NCBI GenBank assembly: GCA_001564035.1 | Contig: LKMX01000001.1 | Location: 1 to 28,597, forward strand | DNA: 28,597 bases | Source of the DNA: Nanohaloarchaea archaeon PL-Br10_U2g27 | Lineage (GTDB): Archaea; Nanohalarchaeota; Nanosalinia; Nanosalinales; Nanosalinaceae | Direction: 5' to 3' | Shown: one piece after another, positions 8,448-16,947 of the stretch | How the letters are laid out: each line of letters starts with the position of its first letter | Position numbering within the stretch: the first letter of the stretch is position 1 | Made by a program: the position numbers and the translations under genes | The notes under the pieces: generated by a model | Seen by the model: the letters and a program-made list of their open reading frames with translations, nothing else | Told to the model about the DNA's origin: nothing | The model's database searches: none

Positions 8448-8804
8448 ATGACTCTAGTTGATGCTCTAATAGTATTTGGAATAGGCCTATTGATAGGAGC
8501 TATAGGAATTTATATAGGAGGCAGAGTTGTAACAGGTGTAGAAGACTACACATATGCGATAGGAACCGCTTTTATAGGCGCAATAGTTTGGGCAGTGACA
8601 GCATTCTTTATAGGAGGAATACCGGGTATTGGCCCTGCAATAGTGCTGCTGGCTTGGATATGGATACTTAATAGAAGGTATCCTGGAGGATGGGGTAATG
8701 CAGCCATGATAGGCCTAATAGCGTGGGTCACAGTGATACTGGTCTTAGCGGCGTTAGCTTCAGCAGGAATTGGAGACTTTGAAGCCATAGGCGTTCCAGA
8801 CTAG
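8448..8804 (+). CDS. Small multi-pass membrane protein (118 aa), unknown function
   Basis: About four hydrophobic Gly-rich segments, RYPGGW loop; ATG at 8448 preferred over the upstream track start. Confidence 0.8.
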   Translation: MTLVDALIVFGIGLLIGAIGIYIGGRVVTGVEDYTYAIGTAFIGAIVWAVTAFFIGGIPGIGPAIVLLAWIWILNRRYPGGWGNAAMIGLIAWVTVILVLAALASAGIGDFEAIGVPD

Positions 8805-8886
8805 AAAAAAATTCGAGATTGTTTTATTTTTCTACTTATTTTTACTTTGCCCCTGTTATAAAATCATTAGAGACTCTAGCAGGTTT

Positions 8887-9651
8887 ATGCGCACCAATAA
8901 GTTCCAAGATGCTGACGTGCTCGTACAAAAGCTTCCAAGTGATATGGGCATACACAGAAATCCTTGTAAAGGCACGTTAAACGCGCCGCGAAAGATACTG
9001 GAAGGCCTAGAGTTTGACGAAAAGGTCTTGGTTGACGAGGTTTTCCCCGATGAGTTCAGTTTGAAGCAGACGCAGGAGAAAATACTTGCGAATACTCGCG
9101 AGCTCTCAACTTATGGAAGGCCTCTAGTTTCGATTGGCGGCGACCACTCCGTGACGTATCCGGTGGCAAGGGTCTTGAAGCAGAAGCATCCGGAAATGAA
9201 GCTTTTGTGGCTCGATGCCCACCTAGATGTCAAAGAGAAGGTCGGCGATCATGTTTCTCACGATGTTGTGGTTCGCCAGCTTGTGGAGGAGAATGTCTTC
9301 AAACCGGAAGAAGTCTACTTTCTAGGGTTCACTAAGATTGACTGGGACGAAAAAGAGTATGTGGAAGATAAGGGATTCAACTTTGTCAAGCCTGAGGAAT
9401 TAGACCAGTTTCTCTCAAATTTTGAAGAGCCTTCATATCTTTCAGTTGATATTGATGTCTTAATCTCTGAAGTCGCCAGAGGAACAGGTTACCCAGATGG
9501 GGAACTGGACGTTGAAACGGTTCTGGACGTGATAAGAAAGATCAGGCCTTTACATGCGGATCTGGTTGAGGTCGCTCCATGTCTTGATGAGGGAGGTACT
9601 GTTGAGGCCGCTCAAGAGGTTTTACAGGCCTTGCTGAAAAATGTAAGGTAA
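8887..9651 (+). CDS. Arginase/agmatinase-family ureohydrolase
   Basis: GGDHS, DAHLD, SVDID and EVAP Mn-binding motifs all present. Confidence 0.9.
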   Translation: MRTNKFQDADVLVQKLPSDMGIHRNPCKGTLNAPRKILEGLEFDEKVLVDEVFPDEFSLKQTQEKILANTRELSTYGRPLVSIGGDHSVTYPVARVLKQKHPEMKLLWLDAHLDVKEKVGDHVSHDVVVRQLVEENVFKPEEVYFLGFTKIDWDEKEYVEDKGFNFVKPEELDQFLSNFEEPSYLSVDIDVLISEVARGTGYPDGELDVETVLDVIRKIRPLHADLVEVAPCLDEGGTVEAAQEVLQALLKNVR

Positions 9652-9697
9652 TTGATTAAAGTCTAGGATTATAACAGTATTGATAGAAGGCGATAAT

Positions 9698-9904
9698 ATG
9701 GGGGAAGAAGATAATTACTGGATAATTGAGATTTACAACGGAGAAACTGCAAATATTTCCGTTATGAGTAAAGAAGAAGCAGAAGCAACTAGGAAGCTGA
9801 ATGATGACTTTGAAGACTGGCAGATGGAGCCTGTCAGTGAAGCATCAGAAGAAGAAATGATTGAGAGAGCCGAAGAAAAAGGTTACGAACACGATCCGTG
9901 GTAA
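9698..9904 (+). CDS. Hypothetical acidic protein (68 aa)
   Basis: Open frame, strongly D/E-rich; no family recognised. Confidence 0.65.
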   Translation: MGEEDNYWIIEIYNGETANISVMSKEEAEATRKLNDDFEDWQMEPVSEASEEEMIERAEEKGYEHDPW

Positions 9905-9910
9905 CTGGCT

Positions 9911-10131
9911 TTAATCGATTTTCTTATATATTACCGCAACAGAGATGACTAGCGATAAAATGCCGGCTGCGATCCCTAGTAAAAACGCCTCTCCTATTAT
10001 TCCTACGCTTAATACGGTATCAGAATATAGAACCTCTAAATATAGGAATATTGTCGTAACTGCTGAAATAAGCGCTATTATGAGGCCTGATAATATATGG
10101 ATGCCAGATATTTCTTGTATTCGCTAGACAT
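9911..10131 (-). pseudogene. Probable frameshifted two-TM membrane protein gene
   Basis: 70 open hydrophobic codons (10123 down to 9914, TAA at 9913-9911) without ATG/GTG/TTG; an ATG at 10131 is one base out of frame. Confidence 0.45.
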
Positions 10132-10132
10132 A

Positions 10133-10206
10133 TGGCCGAACCCGGATTTGAACCGGGGACAACTCCATCTTCAGTGAAGCGCTCTCCCAGGCTGAGCTAT
10201 TCGGCC
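10133..10206 (-). tRNA. tRNA-Phe (GAA)
   Basis: Acceptor GGCCGAA/TTCGGCC, anticodon arm CTTCA-CTGAAGA-TGGAG, T-arm CCCGG-TTCAAAT-CCGGG. Confidence 0.97.
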
Positions 10207-10312
10207 ATCTCTAGTAAATCAAATCTGTATCTCTAAGCTTTAATAAGTCAATGAAATTCTTGTGAAGATCGCGCGAAAGATTTTATTCCTGTCGATAACT
10301 ATACAATGGTTT

Positions 10313-11248
10313 ATGAAGAAAATTTTTCTAGGCCTCTGCATATTATTACTTGTCTTTACAGCCGCATCTTCTGAGTTTATACTGCTTGAAGACGATAAAG
10401 AAGTTTGGCAGTATTATGCGCCGGAAAAGTCTCTGGAGGCCTCCTCTAACTATTTCAATGTATTAATTGAAGAAAGTGCTGAAGATCTATTAAGGGATCA
10501 GGGCTGGAGAAATGCTAGCGGGACGGAGAGATATGCTTATTTCAACGGTTCTGAAGAAGATAAATGGAAGACGTCGGATCTGCAGCTAGAGAAGGGAAAC
10601 TACCATGGTAACCGGCATCACATCAGAATCTACGAGTCTCCCTGGTCTGACCATGAGCTGATTCAGGCACATTATGAACACTTTAACTGGCTGACGCTCA
10701 GGCACGAAGTAACAAGCAACGAGAAGGCGATGAAACAAGCGAAAAACGATTTGGAGCGCGCAGGCCTTGAACTAGAGAAAAAAGAGAAAGATTTCGGATT
10801 GATGGCTTTGACAGCATCTATGGCATTAGCTCTTGCAGTAACGGTTAAGAGTCAAAAAATCCTGTTCTTCGCAATTTTCCCGGTTATTATAATTGGATCG
10901 CGGGCGACGGGGATAATTTTATCGGAATTTATCTCTAATCCCTACTTTGTGACTGCGCCCATCTACATGCTTATCGTAGCGTCTATCTTTTTCACGATCC
11001 TAAGATACGCTAAAATCTTTGATAAGCTTGAGAGAGGCCTAATAGTAACATCCGCTATTTTGCTTGGTTTTGCGCTTGATGCTGTATATACAGGAGGTAT
11101 TCCGTTGAATGAAATGGTTCAGAAAACAGGCTTTGCGTTTGTGTCAGGCCTTTTAGCATACTTTGCCGATGGTTTAGTTAGAAACAAGTTTTTGGCAGGT
11201 TCTCTATATGTGTTATGGCTTTTGATCGTTTTGACAGGCGCATTTTAG
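10313..11248 (+). CDS. Membrane protein with N-terminal signal, extracellular domain (RHHIRIY...QAHYEHF, LssY-C-like) and several C-terminal TM helices
   Basis: Signal-like MKKIFLGLCILLLVFTAASS, polar domain, then hydrophobic segments; LssY-C resemblance is a motif impression only. Confidence 0.75.
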   Translation: MKKIFLGLCILLLVFTAASSEFILLEDDKEVWQYYAPEKSLEASSNYFNVLIEESAEDLLRDQGWRNASGTERYAYFNGSEEDKWKTSDLQLEKGNYHGNRHHIRIYESPWSDHELIQAHYEHFNWLTLRHEVTSNEKAMKQAKNDLERAGLELEKKEKDFGLMALTASMALALAVTVKSQKILFFAIFPVIIIGSRATGIILSEFISNPYFVTAPIYMLIVASIFFTILRYAKIFDKLERGLIVTSAILLGFALDAVYTGGIPLNEMVQKTGFAFVSGLLAYFADGLVRNKFLAGSLYVLWLLIVLTGAF

Positions 11249-11293
11249 ACTATTTGGTCAACTGTTTAAATGTTGTATGCTGCATCTCTTTGT

Positions 11294-12289
11294 ATGACAG
11301 ACTCTAGGGAAACCCGTGATCACGTTATACCTGGTACGGAGGAACAGCATTTGGGAGAAGAAGTAAAGGGATACGATTTCAGAGGAGAGTTTGATTTTGA
11401 AGAAATGCTGGATGCCTATCAGCACACAGGTTTCCAGGCCTCACATCTAAAAGAAGCTATAGATATAGTGAAGGAGATGAGAGAAGAGAATGCAAAGATA
11501 TTCCTTACTTTCACATCAAATATTGTTAGTTCAGGGTTAAGGGAGGCCATAGCTTATCTGGCCCGCGAGGACTTGGTTGATGTAATGATTACTACTTCGG
11601 GATCGATTACTGAAGACGTGATTAAGACTATGCATCCTTTTAAGATGGGTGAATGGGATGCTGATGAAGCAGAGCTAAGAGAACAGGGAATCAATCGTTT
11701 AGGAAATATTTACGTTGAGTCAGATGGGTATGTCAAGCTTGAATCCTGGCTTAACAATGAGTTTTTCCCAGATTTCTTCGAACAAAAAAAGATCAGGACT
11801 CCGACAGAAGTAGCTCATGAACTGGGAAAAGAAATGGATGACAAAGACTCCATCCTCAACTGGGCATCAAAACACAAAATACCGGTATTCTGCCCAGCAC
11901 TTATAGATGCAGAAATAGGAGACTACATGTTTTACTACCGGCAAGAACAGGACTCAGAAATAGGTATAGAGATACTCGACGACTGGGACAAACTGATACA
12001 TGAGGCAATTGAAGCAGAAAAGACAGGTCTGATATGTGTTGGCGATGGAGTCCCAAAGCATCAAGCAATAATGAGCAACCTTTTCAGAGGAGGAACAGAC
12101 TACGCAGTCTACATATCAACAGGGATGGAGGGCGATGGCAGTCTTTCAGGCGCTCCTCCAAAAGAAGCTGTATCATGGGGTAAAATAAAGCAAGAAGACA
12201 GAAACTATACGCAGATAGAGGCTGAAGCAACACTAGTATTTCCTATTCTTGTCGCAGCATCATTCAAAAATTTTGAGGCCTCAAAATAA
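11294..12289 (+). CDS. dys: Deoxyhypusine synthase
   Basis: GFQASHL, FTSNIVSSGLR, NRLGNI, GGVPKH-like GDGVPKH, DGSLSGA and EAVSWGK with the catalytic Lys. Confidence 0.96.
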   Translation: MTDSRETRDHVIPGTEEQHLGEEVKGYDFRGEFDFEEMLDAYQHTGFQASHLKEAIDIVKEMREENAKIFLTFTSNIVSSGLREAIAYLAREDLVDVMITTSGSITEDVIKTMHPFKMGEWDADEAELREQGINRLGNIYVESDGYVKLESWLNNEFFPDFFEQKKIRTPTEVAHELGKEMDDKDSILNWASKHKIPVFCPALIDAEIGDYMFYYRQEQDSEIGIEILDDWDKLIHEAIEAEKTGLICVGDGVPKHQAIMSNLFRGGTDYAVYISTGMEGDGSLSGAPPKEAVSWGKIKQEDRNYTQIEAEATLVFPILVAASFKNFEASK

Positions 12290-12513
12290 ATCTTTGATTC
12301 AGGCCTCTAAATTGTTCTGGCCTTTTTAAATCAAAATTAAGCGTTTCTGGTCGTATTTAAAGTATTATTGAACTGTAGCACATGTTTAATCTAGCTTCTA
12401 GTCTTTTGCAGTCTTTTTGCCGACCTTAAAACAAAGCTAGCGAGATAAATTATTGAACCAATAGCTATTTAAAGTTTACTTTCCATTAACGGGCTATCGA
12501 GCAGGGTTGAGGG

Positions 12514-12523
12514 TTTAAAGTTT
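12514..12523 (+). promoter_or_regulatory. TATA-like box TTTAAAGTTT upstream of histone gene (second copy 12468-12477)
   Basis: Archaeal TATA-like sequence in the 270-bp intergenic region; position only. Confidence 0.5.
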
Positions 12524-12588
12524 GTTCTCCAACGCTCTATACAAAAACCAAGACAAATATGGCATTCGACATGCCGGAGGAGAGAAAA

Positions 12589-12786
12589 ATGGAGTTTTCA
12601 ATTTCCAAAATGAAGGAAGTAATAAAAGCAGAGACAGACAAACGTGTCTCTAGAGAAGCAGCAGAAGAACTAAGCGCAGATTTAGAACAGCGAGGCAAAG
12701 AAATTACTCAAGAAGCATTAAAGGCTGCAGAACAAAAAGGACGCGTCACAGTCAGAGCTGAAGACATTAAGGAAGCCTTAAACTAA
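12589..12786 (+). CDS. Archaeal histone (HMf-like singlet, 65 aa)
   Basis: Histone-fold pattern MEFSISKMKEVIK...RVSREAAEEL...A...A....RVTVRAEDI; SD GGAGG at 12576-12580, 8 nt before ATG 12589 (track start 12559 is the alternative). Confidence 0.92.
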   Translation: MEFSISKMKEVIKAETDKRVSREAAEELSADLEQRGKEITQEALKAAEQKGRVTVRAEDIKEALN

Positions 12787-12904
12787 TTTTAGTCTTTTAT
12801 TTTCCTCTAGAACTTAACCATATTTCCCTCATATTTTTTCTTAATACTCTCAAAAACTCTTCAAAAAACCGCTGGTATTAAAGAACATGGGTTAAAAACT
12901 AAGA

Positions 12905-13022
12905 TGTGAGTGCCCATTGACAGAGACTTAATGTTTCTTCAATGAGGTAGCATCTGCGGAAGTAGATGCTCAGGAGGCAGTAACGGCCACCATTCATCAA
13001 GTAACCCGTACTGCTTCCCACA
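12905..13022 (+). ncRNA. Putative structured ncRNA, family unassigned
   Basis: Three long hairpins plus a terminal 4-bp stem; the G-U pairs work only on the + strand; GGAA tetraloop; upstream TATTAAAG (12876-12883) and downstream T-run (13027-13030). Confidence 0.6.
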
Positions 13023-13037
13023 CTACTTTTAACCAAA

Positions 13038-13271
13038 CTACTTGCTGAACAACGAGGCTAAAAGTATTACAGAGCCTCCGATAAACAGCGTTAACCCCTG
13101 AGCTTCTGGAGAAATAAGTATTACAGGGATATTAAACCCTAACTCTGCATCAAAAGCAATCTCGCCCTCATTAGTTATCAACGTCAATATGCCTAACAAA
13201 TCCAGAACTGAAGAAACAGCCAAACCCAAATAAAAACTAATACTTCTCATAAAGAAAAAAGATTGACTCAT
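13038..13271 (-). CDS. Small two-TM membrane protein (77 aa), unknown function
   Basis: Two hydrophobic segments with an acidic loop. Confidence 0.6.
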   Translation of the reverse strand: MSQSFFFMRSISFYLGLAVSSVLDLLGILTLITNEGEIAFDAELGFNIPVILISPEAQGLTLFIGGSVILLASLFSK

Positions 13272-13311
13272 TTATTCATAAATTTGTCGACTATTATAGG
13301 TTCTGAGAAAG

Positions 13312-13384
<73 letters not shown>

Positions 13385-13480
13385 CTGTATTAGAGTTGAT
13401 CTGTAAAGAATTTTATAAACTGTAGGCCTCCAACAATTTTTCATGAAGGGTTGTTTTTGTTGAAGGCCTTTCCAGGTTTT

Positions 13481-14611
13481 TTAGTCTAGGAATTCTTCGT
13501 TCTTGATTTTTTCTGGTAGGTAGGTGTTGGCTACGAATTCTAGGCTGTTTGCTGCTAGGGCTTGCTGTTCTACTCTTACGCCTTTTTCGAGCATGAGTTG
13601 TAGCTGGTTTTGCCATTGTTCGTTCTGCATCCATTCGTAGTCCATGACGTCGTGGATTCGTTTGTAGTCTTTTGTGGGGCCTCCGTTGTCTTTGCTTTTT
13701 CCTTTGAGGCCTTCTGTTACGTGGTTTAGGTCGTATTCGTCGATGTCTTCCATTGTCATTCCGATGAGCTTGGCGTCTGGTGTTGCCAATCTGTCGGATT
13801 GGAATGCTAGGCTCATGGAGCCGGATTTGAGTACGGAGTAGATGTAGTATCCCCATGGGTCTCCGTCTGTGAATACGTAGACTGGTAGGTCTAGTTCGTT
13901 GTGCATCATGTTGATTAGTCTTCTGGCTCCTCTTGCGGGTTGTCCTCCTGTTCCGATGATGATGGCGTTGTGGTCTTTGTGGAAGTCTTCTTCGACTAGT
14001 CTGTTAACCATGGCGCTGGTCTCTACTACGAGTATGAAGTCTGCATTGTTTTCCACGAATTCGAAGTGGTCGACGATTGAGTTGATTGCCATTCCGCTGC
14101 TTCCCATGCTCATTCCGTCGATGATGTCGCCAGAGTCTTCGATTTTGATCGGTCCGAAAAGCCTTCCTTTAGGCTCTGCGAAGAGGTGGAGGTCTTCACG
14201 GATGGCGCCTGTAGCGGTTTCTATGTCGACAACAACGTTGTTGGACTCATCTTGGTCTTCGAACGTGTTCTCGTCTAGGCCTGGAACACTGTGCTTTAGT
14301 TGGTAGTAGACCTCTCTGATCGATGCGGTTCTTTTACCTTCTACAAGTTCTTTACATTTTGCTGCGACCATTGTGGTCTGCATGAACTTTCTTGCATGGG
14401 AGATGTTGAGGAATTTTCTTGTGGAATAAGAATCACCTAACTCTAGTTTTTCCGCTTCTTCGTCGTATTCTACGTTTGATTTTGATCTTACCTGGGTTTC
14501 AAACGTCAAGTTGTCAGAGTCTTCGTCTTGAAGCTGTCTGAGCAGTTTTTCTCCCAAGTGTGTCAGTCTGTCAAGTGTCTTTTCGTCGTTTGCTAAGTCT
14601 TTCTTTGGCAT
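13481..14611 (-). CDS. top6A: DNA topoisomerase VI subunit A (Spo11-like)
   Basis: REVYY catalytic Tyr motif, Toprim ILVVE, GGQP and FTDGDPWG; SD AGGTGA supports ATG at 14611. Confidence 0.96.
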   Translation of the reverse strand: MPKKDLANDEKTLDRLTHLGEKLLRQLQDEDSDNLTFETQVRSKSNVEYDEEAEKLELGDSYSTRKFLNISHARKFMQTTMVAAKCKELVEGKRTASIREVYYQLKHSVPGLDENTFEDQDESNNVVVDIETATGAIREDLHLFAEPKGRLFGPIKIEDSGDIIDGMSMGSSGMAINSIVDHFEFVENNADFILVVETSAMVNRLVEEDFHKDHNAIIIGTGGQPARGARRLINMMHNELDLPVYVFTDGDPWGYYIYSVLKSGSMSLAFQSDRLATPDAKLIGMTMEDIDEYDLNHVTEGLKGKSKDNGGPTKDYKRIHDVMDYEWMQNEQWQNQLQLMLEKGVRVEQQALAANSLEFVANTYLPEKIKNEEFLD

Positions 14612-14620
14612 CAAACTCAC

Positions 14621-14722
14621 CTACTGAGTTTGATCAAGTTGAGCTGCGTTCGGCGCTGAGGCCTCAACAGCTCTGTTCTGATCTTGGTTTTGGGTTTCCT
14701 CTACGTCTTCTTTGTATCTCAT
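14621..14722 (-). CDS. Putative 33-aa micro-protein between top6B and top6A
   Basis: MRYKEDVEETQNQDQNRAVEASAPNAAQLDQTQ*, SD GAGGTG (14737-14732) 9 nt upstream, fills the intergenic gap almost exactly. Confidence 0.5.
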   Translation of the reverse strand: MRYKEDVEETQNQDQNRAVEASAPNAAQLDQTQ

Positions 14723-14736
14723 TTTTTGATGCACCT

Positions 14737-16323
14737 CTAAAGTTGTTCTGGGTTGTAGTCGGCCTGAACCATGGCCTCGATTTTCTCCTGGATTTGATCT
14801 GAGTCGCCATCTCCTGCTAACTGTGCTATCGCAGGCCCCATCTCTTTTGCATAAGCTGTTAGCTGGCGCTTCTTCTTTTCCTGGATTGCTCTCCGCTCTT
14901 TTCTTCCTATATAACGCCCTAGCTTTCTACCCGCCTCTTGCAAGGCCAGTTTCATCTCTTTCCTGATAGGATCGTAGTTAGCTACAGCCTCCTTACCTTC
15001 AGATGTGAAAGGAACCCATACAGATGCAATATGCACTAATACGTAGAGCGGGCCTTGAGGCCTTTCTCCGGTCTGTGAAATGTTGTACCGGTTCCATGAA
15101 ACTTCTTCCACAGCCTTCGTGGTCACACACGCTGATTTTTTGTATAGGAGAGGTACTTTGTTAGCGAAACGCAGTTCGTTGTAACTGCCTTCTTCCTTGA
15201 TGTCTCCTCCCCATGCGAGGCCTACTTCTATTTGGAATGGGTTTCCTTTGTATACTGTTGGTTTACGTGTTATTGCTGTTGAGAACTCAGGGTTTAATTC
15301 TTTTTTCAGTCCTTTGAGTATAAGTTCTTCTCCTATAGGGCTTAGGCAGTTGGTTGGCGGGCTCTGAAGTTTTACTCTTTGTGCTGCTTTCAGTAGCTGC
15401 TCGATTTCATCTTTCTCTAGCGTGTTAGGCCTTCTTCCAGTGTCTATTCCTGCTTCGTCACATATTTCGTCTGCGCTCGTTCTACCTACTCTTGTGAACT
15501 CGTTTTGCAGGAATGAGGATATTGTTCTTGCGTTGCTGTTCTCGATCATCCTCATTAGTACTCCTAATTCTACTCCATGCGGATGGGGTTTGATTTCTTT
15601 TGGTGCTGGAGGCAGCTCCCGAGATACGCGCGGGAACTCTACCTTGTTTCCGTCCGGCTCTCTTAGAACTACTCTTGCGTACGGATTCATGATTGCCGTG
15701 TGTTTGAGGTAGTTGTAGACGGAGTGGTGGCCACGAGTATATTTAGCCTCTATATCCATTTCGATTGTAGTCCCGTGATCGAAGTAGTAGTCTTTGTCGC
15801 CTGGGAACTCGTTGCTGTCGGCATCTATTACTTCATCTTTTATTATCTCGGGCTCGTTTTTCTCCGTGTCGATTCTTACGACAAACTTGTGGCAAGGCCT
15901 GCCTTTCTGTTTTGAGTACACTGTTACGGGTTCTCCTGTCGTTAGCTGGGCGTACATTGCTGATGCTGAGATACCGATTCCTTGTTGGCCTCTGCTCTGC
16001 TGTAGCTTGTGGAACTTAGATCCGTACAAGAGTTTTCCGAATACTTTGGGGATTGTTTCTCTGTCTAGGCCTATTGCGTTATCTCTTATTTCTATCCGGC
16101 ATTTTTTGTCTGCTATTTCATCTATTAGTACGTGTATTTCGGGCAGTATTTCGTCTTCTTCGCATGCGTCCAGCGAGTTGTCGACTGCCTCTTTAACTAC
16201 TGTTATTATGGATTTCTGCGCGTTTTCGAATCCAAGGAGGTGTTTGTTCTTTTCGAAGAACTCTGCCACAGATATTTCTCTGTGGTCTCCTTCAACTATT
16301 TCTTCTTCTACTGCGTTAGACAT
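14737..16323 (-). CDS. top6B: DNA topoisomerase VI subunit B
   Basis: ISVAEFFEKN, GHKL motifs KEAVDNSLDAC, DNAIG, LLYGSKF, SRGQQGIGIS, RFANKVPLLY. Confidence 0.97.
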   Translation of the reverse strand: MSNAVEEEIVEGDHREISVAEFFEKNKHLLGFENAQKSIITVVKEAVDNSLDACEEDEILPEIHVLIDEIADKKCRIEIRDNAIGLDRETIPKVFGKLLYGSKFHKLQQSRGQQGIGISASAMYAQLTTGEPVTVYSKQKGRPCHKFVVRIDTEKNEPEIIKDEVIDADSNEFPGDKDYYFDHGTTIEMDIEAKYTRGHHSVYNYLKHTAIMNPYARVVLREPDGNKVEFPRVSRELPPAPKEIKPHPHGVELGVLMRMIENSNARTISSFLQNEFTRVGRTSADEICDEAGIDTGRRPNTLEKDEIEQLLKAAQRVKLQSPPTNCLSPIGEELILKGLKKELNPEFSTAITRKPTVYKGNPFQIEVGLAWGGDIKEEGSYNELRFANKVPLLYKKSACVTTKAVEEVSWNRYNISQTGERPQGPLYVLVHIASVWVPFTSEGKEAVANYDPIRKEMKLALQEAGRKLGRYIGRKERRAIQEKKKRQLTAYAKEMGPAIAQLAGDGDSDQIQEKIEAMVQADYNPEQL

Positions 16324-16391
16324 TTTGAAATCACTTTTCGAAATTTTTCGACTGTGTAAAGTTAAAGTTTTTGTTCATAGTATTGTCTTAC

Positions 16392-16895
16392 CTATTTTTT
16401 GACTTTGTTCTGGTTTCTTTCCAGGTAATCATAGGCTGTAGCATGTGAGCTGCCGTTTAAAAGCATTTTAACTGCTTCTTGGGCTATCTCAATATTTTGG
16501 ATGTGTCCTACAAATCCTACTGTTTTGCCGTAGACTGATATGTCAGTCTCTGTCATTTTCTCAATGTGTTTCCGTGCTTCTCCGTCTTTACCGATTACAC
16601 GACCCTTTAAACGTTCTTGGGATTTTCTAGTGTCGGCGAACCTGTTTATATCAAGCTGGTGAAACTCATAACCTTCCTCTATAAGCTTGAAGGCCTTTTC
16701 AGGGTTAAATCCTCGGCCTATAGCCCTTACAACGTTTTCTGCAATCATTTCATCCAAGGCCTCGCCCTCTATTCGGACGTTATTGTCATTTATCGTTACT
16801 TCACAATCGGTGAACTCTTCTAGGTCGTTTTTAGTCTCTCCGCCTTGGCCTATAAGTACTCCGATCCGCTCCTCAGGCACTCTTAACTCTCTCAC
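16392..16895 (-). CDS. dim2: KH-domain rRNA-processing protein Dim2/Pno1
   Basis: RIGVLIGQGG and GRVIGKDG KH loops, AIGRGF, GSSH; GTG at 16895 with TTATAAAA 24-31 nt upstream; conserved position between rio1 and top6B. Confidence 0.92.
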   Translation of the reverse strand: MRELRVPEERIGVLIGQGGETKNDLEEFTDCEVTINDNNVRIEGEALDEMIAENVVRAIGRGFNPEKAFKLIEEGYEFHQLDINRFADTRKSQERLKGRVIGKDGEARKHIEKMTETDISVYGKTVGFVGHIQNIEIAQEAVKMLLNGSSHATAYDYLERNQNKVKK

Positions 16896-16947
16896 ATTTA
16901 TACTGCCGAGAACAACCTTTTTATAACTTCGAAGCTGTTTACAGGCC

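Noticed and set aside
12559-12588. Apparent 10-aa N-terminal tail on the histone (MAFDMPEERK)
   Set aside because: A GGAGG Shine-Dalgarno lies 8 nt before ATG 12589, which aligns with the HMf start; the tail is probably an over-extended ORF call.
12905-13022. Interpreting the structured element as 5S rRNA, SRP RNA or a C/D box sRNA
   Set aside because: Size fits 5S but it has three arms and no CCGAAC loop; no SRP helix 8 internal loops; minus-strand TGATGA...CTGA lacks C'/D' layout and the G-U pairs favour the plus strand.
13413-13856. 147-aa basic ORF overlapping top6A on the same strand; likewise 26204..26545 overlapping alba
   Set aside because: Alternative-frame by-products of codon bias; Arg/Lys-rich composition contradicts the acidic proteome.
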